Source: Xanthobacteraceae bacterium (GTDB taxonomy: Bacteria > Pseudomonadota > Alphaproteobacteria > Rhizobiales > Xanthobacteraceae). Taken from it: a stretch of DNA of 64,000 nt. The DNA lies in the NCBI GenBank assembly GCA_041397405.1, contig JAWKWS010000008.1:59975-123974 (forward strand), read 5' to 3'. Under the pieces are notes generated by a model, which saw nothing but the letters and a program-made list of their open reading frames with translations, was not told the origin of the DNA and made no database searches. Shown one piece after another: positions 47,521 through 56,057 of the stretch. The position numbers and the translations under genes are program-made. The stretch's first letter is position 1. Each line of letters opens with the position of its first letter.

Positions 47521-48102
47521 ATGATTTTCACCGAGACCAAGCTCAAGGGCGCTTTCATCATCGATATCGAACGCCGCGAAGACTCCCGTGGGTTCTTCGC
47601 CCGCGCGTTCTGTCAGAACGAGTTCAAGGCGCATGGTTTGAAGCCGACCATTGCCCAGGCCAACCTCGCATCCAACATCAAGAAGGGCACGCTACGCGGC
47701 ATGCACTTCCAGTATCCGCCGGCGGCCGAGACCAAGCTTGTCCGCTGCACCCGCGGCGCGATCCTCGACATCATCGTCGATCTTCGTCCCGAAAGCTCCA
47801 CCTATCTGCAGCATGTGGCGATCGAATTGAACGAGGACAACCAGCGTGCACTCTACGTACCCGAGCGTTTTGCTCATGGTTACCAGGTCCTCCGCGACAA
47901 AACGGATACCAGCTACCAGGTCGGGGAATTCTACACGCCCGAGGCGGAAGGCGGCCTGATGTACAATGACCCGCGCCTCAAACTGAGCTGGCCGCTGCCC
48001 GTTTCCATCATTTCCGAGAAAGACGAAAAGTTCGCCCCGCTCGACCGGATCGAGCCCGAACTGAAACGGAAAATGACCGTAGCCGTCAGCGAATTTGCTT
48101 GA
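47521..48102 (+). CDS. rfbC: dTDP-4-dehydrorhamnose 3,5-epimerase family (RmlC-like cupin)
   Basis: 193 aa from ATG 47521. DSRGFFARAF, LRGMHFQ, KLVRCTRGAILDIIVDLR and ERFAHGYQVL motifs. Confidence 0.85.
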   Translation: MIFTETKLKGAFIIDIERREDSRGFFARAFCQNEFKAHGLKPTIAQANLASNIKKGTLRGMHFQYPPAAETKLVRCTRGAILDIIVDLRPESSTYLQHVAIELNEDNQRALYVPERFAHGYQVLRDKTDTSYQVGEFYTPEAEGGLMYNDPRLKLSWPLPVSIISEKDEKFAPLDRIEPELKRKMTVAVSEFA

Positions 48103-48159
48103 CGCAAGGCAGGTCTCACGCGGCGCTCGCCGGCTGTTCGGATCGGAAGGAAATTCGCC

Positions 48160-49485
48160 ATGATACTCGTCGATACTGCTCTCAAGGCGCGCGCCGATCA
48201 GGGTAACCCCATCCGGGTCGCAATCGTCGGCGCCGGATTCATGTCGCAAGGTCTCACCAACCAGATCCTGCACAGCACGCCGGGAATGCGCGTCGTCGCC
48301 GTCTCCAATCGCAATGCCGGGCGGGCGGCCGATGTGCTTCGCTATTCCGGCGTCGAAAACGTGGTCATGGCTGAAACGCAGCGGCAGCTCGACGAGGCCA
48401 TCCTCGCGAACCGCCCGGTTGCGACCGAGGATGCCATGCTGCTGGCCCGCTCCGAACTCGTCGATGTCGTGGTTGAGGCGACCGGGTCGGTCGAATTCGG
48501 CGCCCATGTCGTGCTGGAGGCCTTCAAGCACGGCAAGGACGTCGTGCTGATGAACGCCGAAATCGACGCAACGATCGGCCCGATCCTTCAGGTTTACGCC
48601 AAGAAGTACGGCGTCATCATGTCGGCATGCGACGGTGACGAGCCGGGCGTCCAGATGAACCTTTATCGCTGGGTCAAAGGTCTCGGGCTCATTCCGCGGG
48701 TGATCGGCAACGTCAAGGGTCTGCAGGACCCCTATCGCAACCCGACGACCCAAAAGAGCTTCGCGGAGCGCTGGCAGCAGAACCCGGCGATGGTGACGAG
48801 CTTCGCCGACGGCACCAAGATCAGTTGCGAGCAGACGATCGTCGCCAACGCCACCGGCTTCAAGGTGAGGTCGCGCGGCATGTCGCGCGGGCTCGAGTAT
48901 CGCGGCGACGTCATGCAGATCGGCAAGCTCTACGACATCGACGAGCTGCGTGAGCTCGGCGGGATCGTCGACTATGTCGTGGGCACGCCGTTGACCAAGG
49001 TCTACGTGCTCGCCGAGCATCCCGACCCCAAGCAGCAGCATTATCTCAATCTCTACAAGATGGGCGAAGGGCCGCTCTATTCGTTCTTCGTGCCCTACCA
49101 CCTCGTGCACTTCGAGGTGCCGAGCGCGATTGCCCGCGTCGCCCTGTTCCGCGACTCGCTGGCGCCGCCGATCGCAGGCCCGGTGGTCGAGGTCTGCGCC
49201 GTCGCCAAGCGCGATCTTAAGGCCGGCGAGGTGCTCGACGGCTACGGCATGTACATGACCTACGGCGAGGCCGCCAACGTGGACGAGATGAGCTCGGGGC
49301 AGTACCTTCCCGAGGGCATGGTCGAAGGCTGCAAGCTCAAGCGCGATGTGAAGAAGGATGCGGTCCTGACCTACAGCGACGTCGAGCTGCCGCCGGGCCG
49401 CCTGGCCGATCGGCTCCGTGCTGAACAGTACAGGCACTTCCGCGCGGAGCGCTGGCTCGAGGAAATGATCAGCGTACCAGCCTGA
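48160..49485 (+). CDS. NAD(P)-binding oxidoreductase with C-terminal SAF domain (COG4091-like, homoserine-dehydrogenase-like fold)
   Basis: 441 aa. Rossmann start IRVAIVGAGFMSQG, and a C-terminal SAF-like region (VAKRDLKAGEVLDG). Confidence 0.75.
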   Translation: MILVDTALKARADQGNPIRVAIVGAGFMSQGLTNQILHSTPGMRVVAVSNRNAGRAADVLRYSGVENVVMAETQRQLDEAILANRPVATEDAMLLARSELVDVVVEATGSVEFGAHVVLEAFKHGKDVVLMNAEIDATIGPILQVYAKKYGVIMSACDGDEPGVQMNLYRWVKGLGLIPRVIGNVKGLQDPYRNPTTQKSFAERWQQNPAMVTSFADGTKISCEQTIVANATGFKVRSRGMSRGLEYRGDVMQIGKLYDIDELRELGGIVDYVVGTPLTKVYVLAEHPDPKQQHYLNLYKMGEGPLYSFFVPYHLVHFEVPSAIARVALFRDSLAPPIAGPVVEVCAVAKRDLKAGEVLDGYGMYMTYGEAANVDEMSSGQYLPEGMVEGCKLKRDVKKDAVLTYSDVELPPGRLADRLRAEQYRHFRAERWLEEMISVPA

Positions 49486-49521
49486 TCCGCCGCAGTCCGA
49501 GGTCAACCCAATCCAAACGAG

Positions 49522-49552
49522 AAAAGGGCCGCCGAAATCCGGCGGCCCTTTT
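49522..49552. terminator. bidirectional rho-independent terminator AAAAGGGCCGCC-gaaatcc-GGCGGCCCTTTT
   Basis: 12-bp perfect stem flanked by A4/T4, between convergent genes ending at 49485 and 49583. Confidence 0.85.
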
Positions 49553-49582
49553 ACTTGTCTTGTCGTGGTTCTGGAGCCGCGC

Positions 49583-50626
49583 CTATGCCTCGGCAAGCAC
49601 CCGGTGGCGGAGATCCTTGTCCAGGATACCCTCCGCCAGGAGCTTGTTGATGTGTCCAATGCGCTGATAGCGCGGGCCTTCGAACTCCTCCAGCGTGACG
49701 CCGGACGCACGGTAAGCCTTGTACAACTGCTCGGCGCCCTTCTGAGCATCCCATTGCGGCTTGAACGCCGGCAAGCGCTGGCGGATCTTCTCGAAGCTGA
49801 CGCGATAGGAACGCGTATCCGGACCCGCGCCGTCAGCGAGTTCGACCACGCAGCCGGGCACGACACCGGCAACGATCCTGGCGAGATCCTTGATCTGGTA
49901 GTTGTGAGCCGTCTGGCCCACGTTGAAAGCCTGGTCGAACACCGCATCGACCGGAGCCTCCAGTGCAGCGATGAACGCACGGGAAATGTCTTCGATATGA
50001 ACGATAGGACGCCACGGCGACCCGTCGGATTTCAGATGAATCTTCCCGGTCGTCACCGCCCAGGCCACCAGATTGTTGAGGACGATGTCGAACCGCAATC
50101 TCGGCGAAACGCCATAGGCGGTCGCCGGGCGGAGATAGACCGGGCAGAAACCGTCGCCGGCAAGCCGCGCGAGGCCCCTTTCGGAATTGACCTTCGACTC
50201 GCCATAGGCCGTGACCGGATTGAGCGCCCCGGTTTCGTCGAGCATGTCTTCGCCCGCCTTGCCGTAGTTGCTGCAGGACGACGCAAAAAGGAAACGGCGA
50301 ACGCCGGCCTTCTTGGCGAGTTCGGCCATACGCACGCTGGCGCGATGATTGATATCGTCGGTCAGGCCGGCGCGGAGATTGCCAAGCGGATCGTTGGAGA
50401 GAGCCGCCAGATGAATGACGGCATCGAAACCCCTGAGATCGGAGAGTTCGATGTCGCGCGTATCCTTCAGTACGGTCGGGATATTGCTGATGACGCCGCC
50501 TTCCGCGAAAGTACACCGTTCGTAGAGATTGCTGTCGAGGCCGACAACGTCGTGCCCTGCCTTGAGCAACATCGGCGTCATGACCGATCCGATGTAGCCG
50601 AGATGTCCTGTCAGCAAAACGCGCAT
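49583..50626 (-). CDS. NAD-dependent epimerase/dehydratase (extended SDR)
   Basis: 347 aa from ATG 50626. [19 protein letters not shown] catalytic motif. Sugar specificity cannot be called. Confidence 0.85.
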   Translation of the reverse strand: MRVLLTGHLGYIGSVMTPMLLKAGHDVVGLDSNLYERCTFAEGGVISNIPTVLKDTRDIELSDLRGFDAVIHLAALSNDPLGNLRAGLTDDINHRASVRMAELAKKAGVRRFLFASSCSNYGKAGEDMLDETGALNPVTAYGESKVNSERGLARLAGDGFCPVYLRPATAYGVSPRLRFDIVLNNLVAWAVTTGKIHLKSDGSPWRPIVHIEDISRAFIAALEAPVDAVFDQAFNVGQTAHNYQIKDLARIVAGVVPGCVVELADGAGPDTRSYRVSFEKIRQRLPAFKPQWDAQKGAEQLYKAYRASGVTLEEFEGPRYQRIGHINKLLAEGILDKDLRHRVLAEA

Positions 50627-50832
50627 TGTTCGTACACCCTGTTGGTTTAGCTTCATTCTTGGACGGCACTGTACAGGATGTTCGACCGGCGATTCACGCC
50701 TTCGATGCAACCGTAGTTAACCTGATCCCGGCGCTGAAGATGTGGCGAGCACCGACAAATCCGCCACTTCAACATTAACGATAACGAATCCATGGATCCG
50801 AAATCGGGATTCGCGCCCAACAGTTCGGGAAC

Positions 50833-52815
50833 TCACGGCTGGGCAAACGGAGTTCCCGCGTCGTAGCGCGCCTTGGCGGGAAGCACGTGAAGCTTGGTGG
50901 CGCCGGTCGGATCGACCCAAGGCCATGCATAGCCATGCCCATCGTCGAAGAATGACGGCTTGCCCTTCAGATAAAGAGAATCAGGCAGCTTGCGGCTCCC
51001 GATCGCCGAATCCCATTTCACCGTGTTGGTGAGAAAGTCGAAATTGCCATGCCGGAGCGTGGTTGCATCGACTCTGGAGTCCACCGGATAAGGCGCGACC
51101 GCATCCCATCCGAGCATCCAGATCGCCGGCTTGCCGCCAGCGAAGCTCCCCTCATACACCCAGCCGTCCATCTGTCCGGCAGCGCCGAGCACGTTTCCGG
51201 CAAAGGAGCTCCAGTAGGAATAGGCCATCAGGCCAGCGCAGCGCTTCGGTCCGTTGCGGGACTGCGCCGCGTCGTCGATCCGCCCTCCCGCCTGATTGTC
51301 GAACGTAGCCCGAATGCCCCGCATATGATTGCGGAAGAAGGTGAGGTAGATACTGTTGCCGTGGGTATTGTCGCTGTCGGCGTTGTGGCCGTAATTGCCC
51401 TCGAAGAGAACATGGTGCGGTCCCACCATGTGGCTAGCGTTCAACCCGGTTTCGATCCAGTAACCCTGGTTGTTGATGTAACTCATGTCCATGTAGTTGT
51501 AGCCGACCACAGACCCTGCACCTGCGGACCGCACCGCGATCAGCTTGTTGGCGCGGACCGCGATGCCGTTCTCGATGAGGATCTCGGACGATCCGGCGGA
51601 CAGGCTGATGGCGTATCCGCCGCCGCCGGGCTGCGCCCAGACGCCATCGTGCACGTAGAATTCACGCAGCTCGATGCGGAACGAGGCGTGAACTGCAAAA
51701 CCTTCATCAAGCCACGCCGTGCTCTCCACGTTTTTCGCCCATGAGCTTGCGGCCCAATTGAAACGGAGATTGCCGGCGTCGCCGCCAGTCAGCGTCAGGT
51801 CCTCAACGCCGGCATTCTTGACATGCGGTTGGGTGTATCTGGAAAGCTGCGCATCGCGACCGGCGCGGTAAGTGATGTGGATCGGCGTCGTGAACGTGAC
51901 GGTGGAGCCGGAAATGGATGCGATCTCCTTGGTCTCCGCTGTCGGCCTGTCTAGCCTCGAAAACCAGGCGCCAGCGCTGCCGGGCGTGGTCGGAAGCGCC
52001 TCCGGCGCAAAGTCGTCGACAAACTGAACAGCGGGATCGTGCTTCTGCCACACGACACGCCAGTCGGCGGAAGCCCAGATCTTTCCGCGCCCTTGCGGAT
52101 CCTTCTGCCACGCGGCTCCCGAGGCTTCATCGAGCAGGACGATCTGGCCTGGCGAAAAGCCGTCGGCATCCGCCACCTTGATCGAGTATTCGCCCTTCAC
52201 CGCATCTGAGGTCAGCGCCACGGAGCCAACTGCGCTGGTACTGTCACCTGTTGATGAAAACAGTGCAGCGCCGACAACGACAAGCGGCGAAGGTTTGGCG
52301 CCGGGAGAAGACTGAAACGGCTTGGCGCCATCGGTCCTGGCGAGAATGGTTCGACCCGGCCCGGCGCCGCGCAGCGTGATCGCCTTGTTCACCCGCAGGT
52401 ATTGGCCATCGTTGATGAGGAAGGTGCCTGCCGAAAGCTGCACGACCTGCCCTGTCGGACAAGTATTGATCGCGGCCTGGATCCTTGCCGCATCGTCCGT
52501 GGTTCCGCCGCTCGGAGTCAACGCAGCACAAATCGCCGTGCGAATGGGAACGCCGCCGGCCGCCATCATGCCGGGCTGCCATTTGGTCGAGCGGTCGCTC
52601 GGCAGGAAGTCGACCGTATCGATTGCCGGTGCCGGCGCTACGGCATCCTTTTCGGCCGCAGCAGAGTAGTCAGGACCGCACAGCGCTGCAATCCCGGTAA
52701 TCACGGCGGCGACGCCATGAATGACGAACGGACGCAGCACGACTGTCGCGCTCAAATGGCGGTCTCCCGGGCACAGAACGAGCCGGCCGTATCCCGACCG
52801 ATTCGACTCCACCAT
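50833..52815 (-). CDS. secreted right-handed parallel beta-helix (pectate-lyase superfamily) protein, candidate polysaccharide depolymerase
   Basis: ~660 aa. The start is uncertain (ATG 52815 or 52896). It has an N-terminal hydrophobic anchor/signal (VAAVITGIAALCG) and beta-helix-like repeats (AGVEDLTLTGG.., EILIENGIAV..). Confidence 0.65.
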   Translation of the reverse strand: MVESNRSGYGRLVLCPGDRHLSATVVLRPFVIHGVAAVITGIAALCGPDYSAAAEKDAVAPAPAIDTVDFLPSDRSTKWQPGMMAAGGVPIRTAICAALTPSGGTTDDAARIQAAINTCPTGQVVQLSAGTFLINDGQYLRVNKAITLRGAGPGRTILARTDGAKPFQSSPGAKPSPLVVVGAALFSSTGDSTSAVGSVALTSDAVKGEYSIKVADADGFSPGQIVLLDEASGAAWQKDPQGRGKIWASADWRVVWQKHDPAVQFVDDFAPEALPTTPGSAGAWFSRLDRPTAETKEIASISGSTVTFTTPIHITYRAGRDAQLSRYTQPHVKNAGVEDLTLTGGDAGNLRFNWAASSWAKNVESTAWLDEGFAVHASFRIELREFYVHDGVWAQPGGGGYAISLSAGSSEILIENGIAVRANKLIAVRSAGAGSVVGYNYMDMSYINNQGYWIETGLNASHMVGPHHVLFEGNYGHNADSDNTHGNSIYLTFFRNHMRGIRATFDNQAGGRIDDAAQSRNGPKRCAGLMAYSYWSSFAGNVLGAAGQMDGWVYEGSFAGGKPAIWMLGWDAVAPYPVDSRVDATTLRHGNFDFLTNTVKWDSAIGSRKLPDSLYLKGKPSFFDDGHGYAWPWVDPTGATKLHVLPAKARYDAGTPFAQP

Positions 52816-52979
52816 GACATCGCGGCGTATGCGTCCACAGCGGAAGCTCCGCTTAACATTAACTCGCGAAGCCGCCCGATGTGGCATGCCCGGCATGATA
52901 CCTGCTCAAGAGGTCTCATCGCGCCGGAGAACCGGATCACCGTGACCCAGAAGGGGACAGCAAGCCGAAACTGACGCAC

Positions 52980-54800
52980 ATGTCGTGCGAGCGATGTTCA
53001 TTTATGAAACATGATTCCAATTTTGGACTGAGCGAACCTGCGCCGAACGCGATCAGCGACCTTCCCGCCACAGGAAGATCGCGGCGCTATTTGCTCGTGT
53101 CACCCTGCCGGGACGAAGCGCAGTATCTCCGCCGCACGCTCGACAGCGTCGCGCTGCAATCGATTCCGCCTGCGCTGTGGGTGGTGGTGGATGATGGATC
53201 GACGGATGAGACCGCGGCGATCCTCGCGGAGTATTCCCGAAGACTGCCGTACCTGCGCGTCATCAGACGCGATGATCGCGGCGGCCGTCAGGTCGGCCCC
53301 GGCGTCATCGAAGCCTTCTATGCAGGCCTGAACGAGATTCGCCTCGAAGAGTTCGATTACCTGTGCAAGCTGGACATGGATCTCGACCTGCCGGCCCGCT
53401 ATTTCGAGATCCTGATCGATCGGATGGAAAGCAATCCGCGGATCGGAACCACCTCCGGCAAGCCCTGGTTCGTACATCAGAAGACCGGCGCGCTGGTGCC
53501 GGAGATCTGCGGCGACGAAATGTCCGTGGGCATGACCAAGTTCTACCGGGTCGCCTGCTTCAGGGAAATCGGCGGCTTCGTTCGGCAGGTGATGTGGGAT
53601 GGCATCGATTGCCACAGGGCCCGCATGCTGGGCTGGATCGCCGAGAGTGTCGACCTCGAGCCCATCCGTTTCGTTCACCTTCGCCCGCAGGGCGCCAGCC
53701 ACAACGGCATCTGGACCGGCCGGCTTCGCGCCGGGTTCGGTCAGTACTTCATGGGCACCTCGCCGATCTATTATCTGGCCGTTGCCGCCTCGCGCCTGAC
53801 GGCGCATCCGGCGCTGATCGGCAGCGTCGCAATGTTGTGGGGCTATCTGCGAAGCTGGCTCAGGGGCCTGCCCCGCTACGACGATCCGGAATTCAGGCGC
53901 TTCCTACGTACCTATCAGCACGCCTGCCTGCGCCAGGGCAAGCAAGCCGCCACCGCGCGCTTCGAGGATCAGCAGGCGCATCTCTGGCATGAGCGCCACC
54001 CGGGGCATGACAGCGGCTCCACAAGAAGCAAGCGGCGGGCCGAACTGCTCGGCCTCCAGTTCGACGCCGTCACCATCGATGAGGCGGTGACGCGTTGTCT
54101 CGAACTGTGCAAGCAGCCTGGCTCCAACACCGTCATCACCGCGAACTCCTCTCATCTGTGCATGATGCGGCATGACCCGGAGCTGGCGTCCGCCTGCCGG
54201 GCCGGCCGTCTCATTCTCGCCGACGGCATGTCTGTGGTCTGGGCCCTGCGGGCTTCCGGCCAGCCAGTGCCCGAGCGCGTCGCCGGCGTCGACCTGATGG
54301 CGCATCTGCTGGCTGCGGCGGGCAAGCACCGGCTACGGGTATACTTCCTCGGCGCCAGGCACGAGGTGATTTCGACGCTCGTGCGGCGCAGTCTTGCGCA
54401 GTATCCCGGCATCGAGATCGCCGGCTTCCACGACGGCTATTTCGGACCGAACGACCACAAGCGCATCATCGAGGAAATCCGCGCAAGCAAGGCTCACATG
54501 CTGTTCGTCGGCATGCCCACTCCGTTCAAGGAGACGTGGGTCGAACAGCATCGGGAGCAACTCGGAGTGCCCGTGATTGTCGGCGTGGGCGGCAGCTTCG
54601 ATGTGCTGGCGGGATTCATCAAGCGCGCGCCCTACTGGGTGCAGATGGCCGGCATGGAGTGGTTCTGGCGGTTGATGATGGAGCCGCGCAAGCTGTGGAA
54701 GCGCTACCTCACCAACAACAGCGAATTCGGCTGGCTCGCCGGCCTTGAAGTCATCGCGCGCCGTCTGGGCCGACCGCCGGCCAGACCGAGCCTGAAGTAA
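52980..54800 (+). CDS. fused GT2 glycosyltransferase / WecG-TagA-CpsF (GT26) glycosyltransferase
   Basis: 606 aa (alternative start 53004). The N-terminal half has a GT2 signature (LLVSPCRDEAQYL..VVVDDGSTDET..KLDMDLD). The C-terminal half has a GT26 signature (VITANSSHLCM..LADGMSVVWA..VYFLGA..MLFVGMPTPFKETW..GVGGSFD). Confidence 0.85.
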   Translation: MSCERCSFMKHDSNFGLSEPAPNAISDLPATGRSRRYLLVSPCRDEAQYLRRTLDSVALQSIPPALWVVVDDGSTDETAAILAEYSRRLPYLRVIRRDDRGGRQVGPGVIEAFYAGLNEIRLEEFDYLCKLDMDLDLPARYFEILIDRMESNPRIGTTSGKPWFVHQKTGALVPEICGDEMSVGMTKFYRVACFREIGGFVRQVMWDGIDCHRARMLGWIAESVDLEPIRFVHLRPQGASHNGIWTGRLRAGFGQYFMGTSPIYYLAVAASRLTAHPALIGSVAMLWGYLRSWLRGLPRYDDPEFRRFLRTYQHACLRQGKQAATARFEDQQAHLWHERHPGHDSGSTRSKRRAELLGLQFDAVTIDEAVTRCLELCKQPGSNTVITANSSHLCMMRHDPELASACRAGRLILADGMSVVWALRASGQPVPERVAGVDLMAHLLAAAGKHRLRVYFLGARHEVISTLVRRSLAQYPGIEIAGFHDGYFGPNDHKRIIEEIRASKAHMLFVGMPTPFKETWVEQHREQLGVPVIVGVGGSFDVLAGFIKRAPYWVQMAGMEWFWRLMMEPRKLWKRYLTNNSEFGWLAGLEVIARRLGRPPARPSLK

Positions 54801-54814
54801 CGCGGGGAGACCGC

Positions 54815-56035
54815 ATGACCGAGTACCGCAACATCCTGATTTTCATGGGCACGCGGCCCGAGGCGGTGAAGCTCGCTCCCGTCGTGGCGGCATTGCGCGA
54901 TGCAAGCGACTTTCGCTGCACCGTGGTGGCGACCGGTCAGCACAAGGAAATGTTCCGTCAGGTCGCCGACACGTTCGGATTCAAGGTTGATGCCGATCTC
55001 GACGTAATGCGACCGAACCAGACCCTTGCGGGTTTGACGGCGAGACTCATCGACGGCATCGACGGCTGGCTGGAAACGGCAAAGCCCGACATGGCGCTGG
55101 TGCAGGGCGACACGACCACCGTCCTCGCCGCCTCGCTCGCCTGCTTCTATCGGCGCATCCCGATCGGCCATGTCGAGGCGGGCCTGCGCACCGGCAACAT
55201 CTGGTCGCCGTTTCCCGAGGAAGCCAACCGCAAGCTCGCGACTCCGCTGGTCGCGCTTCACTTCGCGCCGACAGAGGCAGCACGCTCGGCGTTGCTCCGC
55301 GAGAACGTCGCCGAGGAAACAATCTCGGTCACCGGAAATACCGTGATCGACGCCTTGCGTATCGAAGTCGCGCGTCAGGCGACCGACTCCGCTCTCCGCA
55401 ACGGGATCGAAGCGGAACTCGGCCAGCTACTGGGCGCCGATTGGGCACGATGGCCCACCGTCCTCATCACCGGCCATCGTCGTGAAAATTTCGGTGAAGG
55501 CATCGAACAGATCTGCCGCGCGATTGCGACGCTGGCAGAACGCTTCCCCGACCACCGCTTCGTCTATCCGGTCCATCTCAACCCCAACGTCCTGACGCAC
55601 GTCAACCGGCTGCTCGGCGGGCTGTCGAACGTCCGGCTGATCCCGCCGCAGAACTACCGCAACTTCGTTGCCCTGATGACGCGTTGCCGGCTGGTGCTGA
55701 CCGACTCGGGCGGCGTCCAGGAGGAAGCTCCGTCGCTCGGCAAGCCGGTTCTCGTGATGCGCGACACTACCGAACGCCCCGAGGGCGTCGCTGCAGGCAC
55801 CGCGCTTCTGACCGGACCGTATGCATCGGCTATCGTGGAGCATGCAACTCGGCTGCTCAGCGATGAAGTCGCCTATCGATCGATGGCGACGGCGAAGAAT
55901 CCCTATGGCGATGGCTACGCCGCCGAACGTATTGTGCAGCGGATCCGAAGCTTCTTCTCGATGGATGCGGTCACCGCTCCCACCTCGCCGGCACTGCAGC
56001 CGGAATTGAAGGAGCTGGCCAGGATCGCCGGCTGA
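54815..56035 (+). CDS. wecB: UDP-N-acetylglucosamine 2-epimerase (non-hydrolysing)
   Basis: 406 aa with FMGTRPEAVKLAPV, VQGDTTT, HVEAGLRT and DSGGVQEEAPSLGKPVLVMRDTTERPE. Confidence 0.95.
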   Translation: MTEYRNILIFMGTRPEAVKLAPVVAALRDASDFRCTVVATGQHKEMFRQVADTFGFKVDADLDVMRPNQTLAGLTARLIDGIDGWLETAKPDMALVQGDTTTVLAASLACFYRRIPIGHVEAGLRTGNIWSPFPEEANRKLATPLVALHFAPTEAARSALLRENVAEETISVTGNTVIDALRIEVARQATDSALRNGIEAELGQLLGADWARWPTVLITGHRRENFGEGIEQICRAIATLAERFPDHRFVYPVHLNPNVLTHVNRLLGGLSNVRLIPPQNYRNFVALMTRCRLVLTDSGGVQEEAPSLGKPVLVMRDTTERPEGVAAGTALLTGPYASAIVEHATRLLSDEVAYRSMATAKNPYGDGYAAERIVQRIRSFFSMDAVTAPTSPALQPELKELARIAG

Positions 56036-56057
56036 CTTGCAGCCGGGCATCTGCGCG

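Noticed and set aside
47692-49980. 762-aa minus-strand ORF
   Set aside because: It is antisense to the rfbC-like and SAF-oxidoreductase genes and out of frame with the SDR gene. It has low-complexity Arg/Ser/Ala composition and crosses a strong terminator hairpin.
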